From assembly GCA_032718475.1 (NCBI GenBank), contig JAUCBJ010009147.1, forward strand, positions 1-64,000: 64,000 nucleotides of DNA, read 5' to 3'. Below the pieces are notes generated by a model. It was not told the origin of the DNA, made no database searches, and saw only the letters and a program-made list of their open reading frames with translations. This DNA is from Nemertoderma westbladi (lineage: Eukaryota; Animalia; Xenacoelomorpha). Positions 54,901-64,000 of the stretch are shown in pieces. The position numbers were made by a program, and so were the translations under genes. Position 1 is the stretch's first letter. Each line of letters starts with the position of its first letter.

Positions 54901-57900
54901 ATTGCAATCGTGGAATGTTTTTTTTTTAATATATTATGATACAACCAGAATTTTAAGATACGTTGATACAAATAAAGGTATGTCATTTCATTAATTTTTA
55001 AAATTAATTTCGCAGTAAACGGTACTAATTTATCGTTACGATATAACACACTTTATAACTTTAAACCGGGGAAGTTCCCATTGAAATAATAATGAGTTAA
55101 AATCGTTCTGGAACACACCTCTGGGTGCTCTAAAATCGTATTGCTTTTGCATATAAAGTCAAGACCCGGTGTCGAATTTGTTCACTTTTTGGAAAATCCA
55201 CAATGATGCCAACAATATACCCGAATCAGTTAAAACCTTTATTACTTCCATGCAAGGTGTAATGCAATATATGCCGCACTAGAATATGAATTGCGGAAAT
55301 TAATAAAATTATTGGGAAGAGTTATCTAATTCGGGTCTATCTTTATTTAGGTACCGGTATATCTTTCGATTTATGTCCTCCGTATATCGAAGATATAATA
55401 ATAAGATATGAAATATATTATGTGTTTCTGAGTGATCTTTGTTTTTTATTATTTTAGAGTACTTGCCAGAAACCTCTCCACCTTCAGATACAAACCAGTA
55501 ATCAACGACCTGTTAACCAAGGCCATGCACAATTGCAGTACACCCCTCGCCGCTCTATGCAGCGGCCCCCATACCCCTCCCCCTTTCATACCTCTGTGCA
55601 GCGGCCCCCATACCCCACCCCTTTCCCTGTTATTGCCGCCCCTCGTCCATCTAATATTCCCCAATCTCTTCCACACGTTCATGAGCAACAGTCTTCCATG
55701 CACCACCTACCACACCCATCGCCGACTCAACTGGCAGCCCCAAATCCAGAGGTCATTCCGCTAAATATTTCGCAAGCTTCCCAGCCTCATCAGCAGTCAG
55801 CTTCAGTCAATAGTTTCCCTATTAATCAACATATTTATCAAAATATTCCACAAACACCGTCACAAAATGTTAACCTTTCTTATGAAGAATTCCCAATCGG
55901 AAATCAGATTCAGCAAAAGCCTTACAACGCCCAATACCATAAATATCCATCATACAACATCTATCGACAACAACATACTCCTTCATACACGCCGACTCCC
56001 TCGCCTTCATACAATAATGATATTAATTTAATGAGACAACAATCTACTTACAACATTCCTTTGCAACAAGCATCGCCTTACGAACAATCACCAGCATTCC
56101 ACCCTCCTCCTCAACCATCGCCATCCTACGCGTTCCCTCACCATCAGTCACCATCTCCCTACCAACAGCAACTTCATTCACCAGTTGCATCAATTTACCC
56201 ACCCCAACAATCACCGACGGCGTACAATAATGTCCAACACTCTCCCGCCTACATTCCCCCGCAGCAAGTGTCACCCCAGCGCTCTCCTGTGTTCAAGATG
56301 GCCTCCAAACCCGGTATCGTTCACCAAAGGAATCCCTACCTAGTTGTATCCGAACAGTCTGTCCCGTATAAGGAATGGTACCCACAACCCCCAGACCATT
56401 ACTTCCATCCCGGACCAAACGTTAACAGATTTAGACAGGGTGCGCCTCTTTACAATCAGCAATACATGGAGTCGTCCCCCAGGTAACAACACCGTAATAT
56501 TTTGTTTCATTTTGTCACAACTTATTTTTCATATTTTTATATTTTCGCATATTTGTTGTTTTTAAATTATTTCGCATAGCTGTTTTATTTTAGTGCTGAA
56601 AAAGTTTCTCAATCTGCTGTTTTCAAAATTTTCTAATTTGTCTTGAAAAAGTTTTCAAAAATTTCTAAAGTTTTATAATTTGTTTTTTACGTTGGAGTCA
56701 AAGTTGTTGATTTTGTCAGGACTTCGGAACCGTGTTCCGATTTTGTTCTGTTCCTATTGTTTACTAATGTTCCGCGACTCATCTTTAACGCCAACAATTT
56801 TCTATTCATACACAGGTTAAATCGAGCCACCGACAACCAATCTCCTAACCCCCTCCAACTACTCATGATTCTCGCCCAAGAGAGCAACTTCGACGCTTCA
56901 GTTTTATTCAACCTAATGCAGCAACAACAACTAGTGGTCCAGCAGCTACAGCAGCAGTTATCCAGTCTCTTCCTCGCCATGTTGCACACCCGTAGTTCCT
57001 CCGGCCAGGTGGCTTCCCAGTTGACCTTCCTACAACAGGCGATGCAAGCCGAGACGGGGGGTGCACCAGTGCCTATGGGTGCCGGTGTAAGTGTTCCACA
57101 GCACCACCACGAGGAGAACCACCCGCTGGTGTCTGCACTCGCTCAGCTATCTCAGAAGAACAATGTATGGCAGAGCGGAGGACCTCAGCAGCAAGGTCCC
57201 CCGAATTCCATTCCATTTGGTGAGTGCTACAACCTAGGGTTGGGGAATAAAGAATAAAGTAGTCAGGTATGGTTTCTAATGCCATTTTTTAATGGGGAAT
57301 TCATGACACTGCCTTTTTTGAAACAGTAGTGTGTGGTTGTGAAAGTAGTGGTTTCTATCGTCGATAGTAAATATTATTTTTGAAAATGATGTGTGCCGTG
57401 TGGTTTATGCAGTTTTCATATTTGCCAAATCTATATTGAACGCGAAAAATGCCTGTTCATGAATATTACATTAAATATATCTAACTAAACCTCGATATTT
57501 TTGGAAAAAAAACCCAGTTTGGTCATATAAATTACATTAATGCTAATAATTTAATAGATCTGTCTGTACCAGTTTTTTGTAGGGTACTAGTACTACTTAC
57601 TACTACTAGGTCGAGTGTCCTCGGACGTAATGTCTTTCAGTTGTAGGAGTTCACCGCTTGTGGTTTAAAATTTACTAGCGTCTATGCATTAGGCCGCCGT
57701 TGGTTGATTACCTTCAGCCGACCTTGTGACGCGAGCCACGAGCTTAGCATGCGGGCACCACTATCTCAATCGGTGTGTCGGTTGATCCGTCGTTATGTTG
57801 AGTCCAAAATTTAAACGTCAATTAACTCGATCAATCCTCGATGAAATGTAACTAAACTTGGTACACAAATAGTCTGTCAAAAGTTTAGAAATTTTCCAAG

Positions 57901-60900
57901 CCGAATTTGCGAAGCTAAGATAAAAGCAGTTAATTAAGTTGGTTACGGTAAAAAAAACTGCACTTCCACGCAGCCTGCCCTTTCATGGAGATTAGTTATT
58001 TTCTAGAATAAGATTTAAATAATTTAACGTAAAAATTATACAGCTGTAATCCCCATATCCTATTCCATTGTAGTTTTTAATTAATTCAAGTGATTTACTT
58101 TAAGAAATGTGTTTGTAATTGATCTAAAAACATTATTAACTTATTTAAATGCCACGTCTCTCCAGCTACTTCCATCTCCGCATATAAATGTCGGGCAGTT
58201 GGCGGAAGCGGCAGCTATAATTATATCACAATGCCTCAAAAATAATTATACAACAGCGACTATGCCGGGACTTGTCATCAACGAACAATCGATGATGTTT
58301 TATCATAAACTATCCCTAGCGTACTGAGCCGCTCCATGTACCTAGGCTTTTGAAGATTTTCATAATTTTCGGTTATATTCGAGATGTAGCTCTATCTGGT
58401 CGGATAGGCGAGAGAAACCCGAATGCTAGGAGGACATCCACACCCGCAGAGGCAGCCCTTCCCTTACTCAACCGGGTGTGGGCCACTTTTCATTCAGGGC
58501 CACATATCTGTGAATAATACCTTGCTACTATGTCTAACTACTGCACCCCTTGCAAGGCCATGCTTCTGGCACCAGATAATGTTTGCACCGCAACTAATAC
58601 GTGATCTCACTTAAAACAAAGTGTTACCTATTCAATTGGCCATTATGGCTCGTTCTGCACGCTGTTTTTGGCGACTTCGGTGTTGCGTATCGGGGCTGCT
58701 CGGGCGTTGCATGTGTGTGTGTGTGTGTGGGTTATTTGAGTGTATGTGTGTTACTGTTGTGTACGTATGTTTGAGACTATTTACATTTACATTTATATTA
58801 CATTTTATATTTTATATTACGTTTATATATCATACCGGGTGTTCCATAATGATTGCCAAGGCCAGCCAAAACTGCAAGAAATGCACTATAGTGTAATATA
58901 TCATTCGAATGAGAATTTAATTCTGAGCTTGCATGCAAAAATGTAGGGTCCAATACAAAAGTATAAAAATTTTATAGGTAATTCTTTAAACCTATCTTAC
59001 TTTTCAATATTTGTGATTTAATCACAATTAAAAAAAATATAATTTATCCAGCGTTAGTCATCAGCTTTACAGCCATGTTTCTTTCCCCTTTGCAGCACGG
59101 GGAGCTCGATAGTGGCAAAGGATGTTGGCCCTTAAAAGGGCCGATTTGGGTTGAGTTCAGTTTGATTATGCCACAGAATCACGACCCTCTCTAAAAGTAA
59201 CATCTCTGATCCTGTCAACCATACGTTTTTCTTCAGAGTCATCGAAGATTGCACTGGAACTTGTAATTTTAATTACTTCTGTTAGCCCTAATTCAGTAAA
59301 ATTACCAAAGAAACACTAAAACCGGTAACTGAATTTTGTAATATATTGCAATACAGCGAAATTCAGGCAGTAATAACTGTTTAAACAGGACTGCAAAGCT
59401 GATGACTAGCACTGGATAAATTATATTTATTTTAATTGTAATTAAATCAAAAATATTGAAAAGTAAGATAGGTTTAAAGAATTACCTATAAAATTTCTAT
59501 ACTTTTACGGGCGCTCATAAGCCATTATATTGGCTTGTTGCCCAATTGCTTTGTATTGAATAAAATAAATGTTAAACGAAAAGAGGACAACCACGATAAA
59601 ATCGGTCGTCTTGTGTTTATTGAGTTGCCATGCGGTACTTTATTTCTCCAATAATATGTAATAAATCTATTTCTATTTATTTTCCTTGGATATGAAGAGC
59701 AGTCTTACTTCCCTAGTTCAGATAGGTTTGTTTAGGTTGATAATAATCTTCTTCTTCTTTCTTCTTCTATCTTCTATATCTAAAGCTCAAATTGTGTATG
59801 TATGTATGTATGTATGTATGTATGTATGTATGTATGTATGTATGTATGTATGTATGTATGTATGTATGTATGTTTGTATGTATGTTTGTTTGTTCCTCTA
59901 TCTCCTCCTAAACTACTGGCTCTCGCGATATGAGGAAAATACCGTTGGATTCAGCGTGGTCTTGGGCTCTGTATAAAGTAATTTTCAGAAAAATACAGTA
60001 ATTCGTTATTGCAAAAAATGAAATAAACGAAAAGTGCCATAGACGCAATGGTAAAATTACACCAATAACAGCTGTGTGTTCATGATGAAAAATGGCTTAT
60101 GTAATGGATTTCTACTCAGGCTTAGTATAAATCGATGAGGTTGCCAAGATTATTGTACTTACAGTAGTACACCAATACTGTTTGCTTAGGCCCTACTGCC
60201 CAAACGCCACCCCTTACAAACTTGAAATTCTTCATAGGGTAGCATTAGTGTGTGTTAAATATTTTATACAGCTGATCAGCTTACATACAGCTTATCAGTA
60301 AAGGTATGGGTGAATTTGAATTATTACTAATTCCAGGTGAATGAATTTTAGGGTTTGTCTTTTTGCCGTATGCGTACGTATTTGAATGAGTTCCCGTAGC
60401 CTACCGTAGGCTACCGTATGTGGGACTATTTGCCCGTATTCAGGAAGCTATTCGCCGTGAGGACCAGCCAGTGCATAATCTTGTACTTTGGCAGCCTCAT
60501 GGAGTGAATAAGCATAGTGGACAGCCCATGACTTTCTTGAGACGCATCTTAAAGGACACTGGCCTTGAAGATGCGGATGATCTAGCAAATGTCATGGGTG
60601 ATAGGGAGTTGTGGCGGCGCAATTTTGTTGACAAGCCGGCACAGCATTCTTAAAAATGCAGCTGCAATGCAGCATGCCGATAATAGTAGTAGTACTAGGA
60701 AGCAGAATCAGTGCACTGCTTACCGCTAACGGTAGGCCTACTGTACCTGGCAACCTGGCCTGTTTTAAGTGTTTTTATACTACGTGTTCTATGCTCCCGG
60801 TACCAGGGGTTTGGAAATTCTCGGCGAGTTTTTTTTTTCAAGGATATTTTTTATTATTTATCATTATTATGAAATGATGATAATAATTATTATGAAATAT

Positions 60901-63585
60901 AATGATAATAATTATTTTGAAATAATCATAATAATTATTATACTGTTTGTTGATGGCTGAAAGTTAAATTGCCCAGGCTAGTATAACACGAAGTGGGGCC
61001 TTCGCGCAGCACGTGACTTGAACTTATGTTAGGTGTCAACTCGAAAGAAATATTTGCAAAATGTAAACATGTCCCCTTAGTCACAATAACACATAGAGGC
61101 TGACTGAGAAATTGCAATCGAGTTAAGACTTCATAAAAACTCAGTCTGAGGTCTAGAATATATGTAAATGTAAAAGTAAAAAAGCAGGCCTACATTTTCT
61201 TCGACTATTAGGCCAGGGATTACGCACAAAGTCTGACGACTTATTTCCAGTGCGGTCCCCCAGAACTATACTCCTCAGAGTAAAGTACTCATTACTCATT
61301 TAGTACTCATTTAGCTACCACTTAAGGATGTAAGGCAGAGATGCGCCCTGGCTGGTTCCTTTAAAGCATTCGTGCCGAAACGAAAACTGCCTTGGCCCAT
61401 GTGAGGATCGAACCCACGACCTACGGGAGATGTGAATTCTATGCAACCACTACACCAAGGTGTGACCTATGTGCCAGGTATCAGAAAATGATTATAAACT
61501 ATAATACGAAAGGGCTGACGTTTTAATTTCACACATATCTAAAATTTTTAATTTCAGCCCACTAGCGGTAGAGAATACCATCCCAACAAAGATGCTACCT
61601 ATGTATGGTCTACGGTCTAGCATGTCTGCCAAGTATCAGCTTGAATGGATAATAAAGAACCAAATGAGAGAAAGTTTTTACTTTCAGACATTTCAACCTC
61701 TAGCGGCAAACTGGAGAACTGAGAACCGATCAAATTCTTCACACAGACGAACCATGTGGTCTGGTACATATTTGCCAAGATTCAGCTTTAAACAGATTAA
61801 GATCAAAGGAACTGGACGGTTAATACTTTCATACATTTCGCTCTCTAGCGACATACTGGAAAATTGCAGACTGACCGATTACAGAGACCCGCACAAAGAT
61901 ACAGGATGTGTTCTAGCACATATATGACAACTTTCAGCTTGTATGGATCATAAATAACGGAATGGGTCAATAATTTCACTTTCAGGCATTTCGCTCTCCA
62001 GTGGAAGACAAGAGAACTATAGACTGGTTAGCCTAGCCCCCTTTGAATGCCACAGCTAATGGTCTAGTACATTTCTGCCAAGTTTCAGCTTGTACGGATT
62101 AAAAGCAAAGAAATTGGAGGACATTTAATGTTTAGACATGTTGGAGACTGATGAACTGGGTTTCTTAAAGTTTTTAAAAATCTCACCTTTTGGTCCTGTA
62201 ATAATGCCAACAAATTTTCAACACGACACACGGCTTTAAATCCGACAAAGTTATTAGCATGTCAAATCGTAACGAAGACTACGTCGCGGCGTCAACAACT
62301 ATTTGTCATTATTGTCCCACCCCTAACATGGTCAGTTCACTAAGAATCCGGCAACGTCGTGGCTCACCCCACAAAGCGCGAGCTGTATAATCTTAGCACA
62401 GTACAGCCGGCTCGCTGTATAATTTACCTATACTGTACGTACAGGTCTATAAACATGGATAAATAGGCCAGGTACAGTACCGTGAGATTTAGCCATAGTG
62501 CAGTAGTGCTGCAGTGCACTGACTACTGCTTCCTGAATAACGGGCAAATACGTCCCACATACGGTAGCCTACGGTAGGCTACCGTAACTATTTCAAATAC
62601 GTACACATACGGCAAAAAGACAAACCCTGAATTTTAGTGATAATGTAGGCTTTCAACTTTAGTACTGTACTGTAGGATTTTTTTTTTTTTTTTTTTTTTT
62701 TTATAGAACAATTTATATATAGAACAAAATAAATATTGCAAAATATATAATATATATTATTAAAACAGAAATAGAATTGAATTTAATAAAGCAAAATGCC
62801 AACAAATATATACTACACATACACAATACTGTAACTGTACTGTACTGTAGGATAATAATAATGAATGGAGAGGGACCCAACTATACTACGTTTGTTTGTT
62901 CTTATAGCTGGCATTTTATGAACTGTGTTCAATCAAAGACACCAGTGTAGTAGTTGGGTCCTTCTCCATTCATTATTATTATCCTACAGTACAGTACTAC
63001 AGTTGAAAGCCTACATTATCACTAAAATTCATTCACCTGGAATTAGTAATATTTCACATTCGCCCATACCTTTACTGATAAGTTGTATGTAAGCTGATCA
63101 GCTGTATAAAATATTTAACACACACTAATGCTACCCTATGAAGAATTTCAAGTTTGTAAGGGGTGGCGTTTGGGCAGTAGGGCCTAAGCAAACAGTATGT
63201 GTGTACTACTGTAAGTACAATAATCTATCGATTTATACTAAGCCTGAGTAGAAATCCATTACATAAGCCATTTTTCATCATGAACACACAGCTGTTATTG
63301 GTGTAATTTTACCATTGCTTCTATGGCACTTTTCGTTTATTCACAACACCGTTCTGTATATTGATAGAATTATACGGTACTATTTTTTATTATATTGTAT
63401 TGTGTACTAAATTTACACTACACTATCAAGGCGTTGGGATGGGGCGGGGGGTATATTTAATACTTTAATTTGATAAAATCAAAAATTTTAATAAACTAAA
63501 TTTGAGAGCATCCATAGTATCTATAGTATAATAGATACTACTGTAGACTAGCAAGTCTGGCGCGCGAAGCGCGCCTGGTTTGCTA

Positions 63586-63633
<48 letters not shown>

Positions 63634-64000
63634 TAATATAATGAATAATTAACACACATAAATGAAAATAAGTATTTGTTTAATTTATTTAGTATTTTTT
63701 AGGTCAGATAGAAAGGCATAGAATACGTGCTCATATTTTAGTATTTCATAGATTTTATTCTTATATTATGTCCCGCATTAGTAACATGATGTTGTTTCTA
63801 TTTCAGAAGAATATTATTCTTGGATGCCGCCCAGAAATCAATTAGCCAACTATGGTAATATACCAAACAGCAATCAGTTATCTTACCATCCAGGACAACA
63901 GCGTCCCGAGAGACAACAACGTCCGTTCTTTGGGTACAATAGCTTCCAGTATGAGGGACCCTGCAGCAGTGGTCCATTACCGAGATACAGACACTCTACC
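12908..64000 (+). CDS. MBD5: MBD5/MBD6-like gene (spliced, 3'-incomplete): join(12908-12987,18405or18410-18557,19061-19244,19494-19729,24216-24423,54526-54803,55458-56482,56816-57219,63807->64000)
   Basis: N-terminal IPTGWKRR..VVYIS / SGAEL..VKVYLRSKGACKCGLPCPL..FCFNP / CRHR matches the MBD5/MBD6-type MBD (GW.RR..LY.SPSG..L..GTCKCGLECPL..FNFDP..C.HKR). All introns are GT-AG and phases 0,1,0,1,0,2,1 match for exons 2-9. Orthology to MBD5 versus MBD6 is not resolved. Confidence 0.85.
13270..13332. repeat. Perfect palindrome, 31-bp arms with 1-nt spacer
   Basis: CGGCTGAACAATTGTGCGCAGGCGTTGTGCG-G-CGCACAACGCCTGCGCACAATTGTTCAGCCG. Confidence 0.95.
13680..13985. repeat. AT-rich minisatellite, ~36-bp unit
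   Basis: ATAATTAATAATTATTTATGCAATA(A/T)TATTTTTACA is repeated about 6-8 times. Confidence 0.85.
14820..17137. mobile_element. Non-autonomous hAT-type DNA transposon
   Basis: 13-bp TIR CAGGGCTGGCAAA / TTTGCCAGCCCTG; perfect 8-bp TSD GGTATCTA (14812-14819, 17138-17145); AGGTTTTT/AAAACCT subterminal repeats. Confidence 0.92.
15258..16481. mobile_element. Non-autonomous Mutator/foldback element
   Basis: Long TIRs starting GGGTCCTACTAAATACTAC followed by (AAAAAAGCAC)n, with the first ~85 nt identical; perfect 9-bp TSD TATTAGTTC (15249-15257, 16482-16490). Confidence 0.93.
18388..18394 (+). promoter_or_regulatory. Consensus branch point TACTAAC upstream of exon 2
   Basis: TACTAAC-GTTTTTGCAG-TCCAG. 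Confidence 0.7.
18405..18557 (+). CDS. MBD5: MBD5/6-like exon 2 (core MBD: SGAELVSNADVKVYLRSKGACKCGLPCPLKPELIFCFNP); functional start may be 18410
   Basis: CKCGL.CPL signature; acceptor TTTTGCAG; donor AAG|GTAAGA (phase 0). Confidence 0.9.
18735..18763 (+). repeat. Poly-G tract (29 nt)
   Basis: Directly visible; a shorter G run lies at 15439-15455. Confidence 0.9.
19061..19244 (+). CDS. MBD5: MBD5/6-like exon 3 (VLFHPFSNCRHRN...)
   Basis: Acceptor TTTGTTTCAG (phase 0); the CRHR motif corresponds to C.HKR of MBD5/6; donor G|GTTGGT (phase 1). Confidence 0.75.
19494..19729 (+). CDS. MBD5: MBD5/6-like exon 4 (acidic segment)
   Basis: Acceptor ATTCAG (phase 1); open frame; donor ACC|GTAAGT (phase 0). 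Confidence 0.8.
21975..22517. repeat. Four tandem ~145-bp units of the type found inside Helitron/Helentron non-autonomous elements
   Basis: CTAACATTCTCGCTATGGGGGTTTTAAGGGGTGCTGATTTCATTTCTGATGTCAG..(TCTG/TCAG)n at about 21975, 22117, 22264 and 22410. Confidence 0.8.
22695..22766. mobile_element. piggyBac-like terminus
   Basis: Ends ...GGCTCTAAGGGG|TTAA, with an 18-bp internal inverted repeat ATGACGTCCACTGCACGT / ACGTGCAGTGGACGTCAT. The partner end was not found. Confidence 0.55.
22767..23146. mobile_element. TTAA-targeting MITE (Kolobok/piggyBac-like)
   Basis: TTAA|GCAACACGGTCCC ... GGGACCCTTTTGC|TTAA (TIR 11/13), plus imperfect long internal inverted repeats. Confidence 0.75.
24216..24423 (+). 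CDS. MBD5: MBD5/6-like exon 5
   Basis: Acceptor TTTTATAG (phase 0); open frame ESLSTCNPQPPP..CCRMR; donor G|GTAGGT (phase 1). Confidence 0.8.
24809..54485. repeat. Satellite array, 20-bp unit CCAATAAGAACTACTCCA(G/T/A)C, roughly 1450-1480 units, intronic
   Basis: Uninterrupted head-to-tail units with point variants and a few 19-24-bp indel variants. Stop codons recur in all frames of both strands. Confidence 0.99.
54059..54158. other. Assembly gap (100 N) inside the satellite
   Basis: Run of exactly 100 N with the same repeat on both sides; true array length is unknown. Confidence 0.99.
54526..54803 (+). CDS. MBD5: MBD5/6-like exon 6
   Basis: Polypyrimidine tract plus TTTAG acceptor; phase 1 matches exon 5; GC-rich open frame; donor AAG|GTTAGT (phase 0). 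Confidence 0.82.
55458..56482 (+). CDS. MBD5: MBD5/6-like exon 7 (P/Q/S/Y-rich low-complexity region)
   Basis: Acceptor ATTTTAG (phase 0), 1025-nt open frame, donor AG|GTAACA (phase 2). Confidence 0.88.
56816..57219 (+). CDS. MBD5: MBD5/6-like exon 8 (Q/L-rich)
   Basis: Acceptor CACAG (phase 2); donor G|GTGAGT (phase 1). Confidence 0.85.
58835..59506 (-). mobile_element. Internally deleted Tc1/mariner-like element
   Basis: TA|CCGGGTGTTCC left end; ~124-bp inverted arms at 58957-59080 and 59383-59506; minus-strand peptide DDSEEKRMVDRIRDVTFREGRD, which I recall as similar to the N-terminus of a Tc1-like transposase family (DSEEIRWIDRIRAITFREARD). Not confirmed by search. Confidence 0.6.
59123..59149 (-). 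promoter_or_regulatory. Histone-type 3' UTR stem-loop (SLBP consensus)
   Basis: Minus strand CCAAATC-GGCCCT-TTTA-AGGGCC-AACA; stem-loop at 59127-59142, 23 nt after a TAA. Confidence 0.75.
59797..59884. repeat. (TATG)n microsatellite
   Basis: Directly visible. Confidence 0.97.
60449..60696 (+). mobile_element. 5'-truncated RTE-clade LINE fragment
   Basis: Peptide RREDQPVHNLVLWQPHG..TFLRRILKDTGL..LANVMGDRELWR resembles the RTE ORF C-terminus; (TAG)n tail; 7-bp TSD AGGAAGC (60442-60448, 60697-60703); the empty site is visible in the opposite arm. Confidence 0.85.
61160..61462 (-). mobile_element. tRNA-derived SINE
   Basis: Minus strand A box TGGTGTAGTGG and B box GGTTCGATCC, central GCCTTACATCCTTAAGTGGTAGCTAAATGAGTAC, and a simple-repeat tail (TTTAC/TTTACA). 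Confidence 0.75.
61540..62230. repeat. Four to five diverged ~150-bp tandem units
   Basis: GGTCTAGTACAT..TGCCAAGTTTCAGCTT recurs at about 61613, 61758, 61910 and 62061, and weakly at about 62192. Confidence 0.65.
63587..63633. repeat. (TAA)n microsatellite
   Basis: Directly visible. Confidence 0.95.
63807..64000 (+). CDS. MBD5: MBD5/6-like exon 9 (partial, runs off window)
   Basis: Acceptor TTTCTATTTCAG; phase 1 matches exon 8; open to the end (EEYYSWMPPRNQLANYG...RYRHST). Confidence 0.78.

Larger units (their letters stand above)
60020..63341. repeat. Long inverted repeat (arms about 60020-60760 and 62465-63341)
   Basis: The arms are reverse complements apart from an RTE insert in the left arm and a ~390-bp rearranged block (62629-63021) in the right arm. 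Confidence 0.88.
59747..63586 (+). mobile_element. Non-autonomous Helitron-like element with internal inverted duplication and nested insertions
   Basis: 5' A|TC..TCTATATCTAAAGC followed by (TATG)n; 3' hairpin GGCGCGC-GAA-GCGCGCC (63559-63575) then CTAG|T. The flanks rejoin as one (TAA)n tract with no TSD. Confidence 0.7.

Noticed and set aside
58109-58614. Extra or alternative exon of the MBD gene (acceptor-like TCTCTCCAG near 58165)
   Set aside because: The open frame is phase 0 while exon 8 ends in phase 1, and the phase-1 reading stops after about 26 codons. There is no support without RNA data.
59085-59390. Histone gene
   Set aside because: Only the stem-loop is present; the upstream sequence encodes no histone.
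61392-61462. Functional tRNA gene
   Set aside because: A and B boxes are present, but there is no proper anticodon arm or acceptor stem, and it continues into a SINE body and tail.

Overview
AT-rich, intron-containing animal (invertebrate-like) genomic DNA; the species cannot be determined from the sequence. Main contents: (1) a 5'-truncated Ty3/Gypsy LTR retrotransposon (about 5925-11672) with an open pol frame (partial protease, dUTPase-like insert, RT, RNase H, integrase), a polypurine tract and a 3' LTR. (2) A + strand MBD5/MBD6-like gene that I assembled by hand from 9 coding exons (ATG at 12908, running off the window end). All junctions are phase-compatible except exon1/exon2, which needs either a 5-nt-shifted acceptor or a 1-nt correction. 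(3) A ~29.7 kb array of a 20-bp unit (CCAATAAGAACTACTCCAGC) with ~4.45 kb higher-order structure that fills intron 5 of that gene and contains an assembly gap. (4) Many non-autonomous elements, often nested; several have clean TIR/TSD pairs (hAT, MULE, TTAA-MITE), and there are also Helitron/Helentron-like, RTE and tRNA-SINE pieces. The most unusual observations are tracts apparently built from chained transposon-excision footprints, a canonical histone 3' stem-loop just after a Tc1-like transposase remnant, and the giant intronic satellite. All family assignments come from motif recognition; no searches were run.
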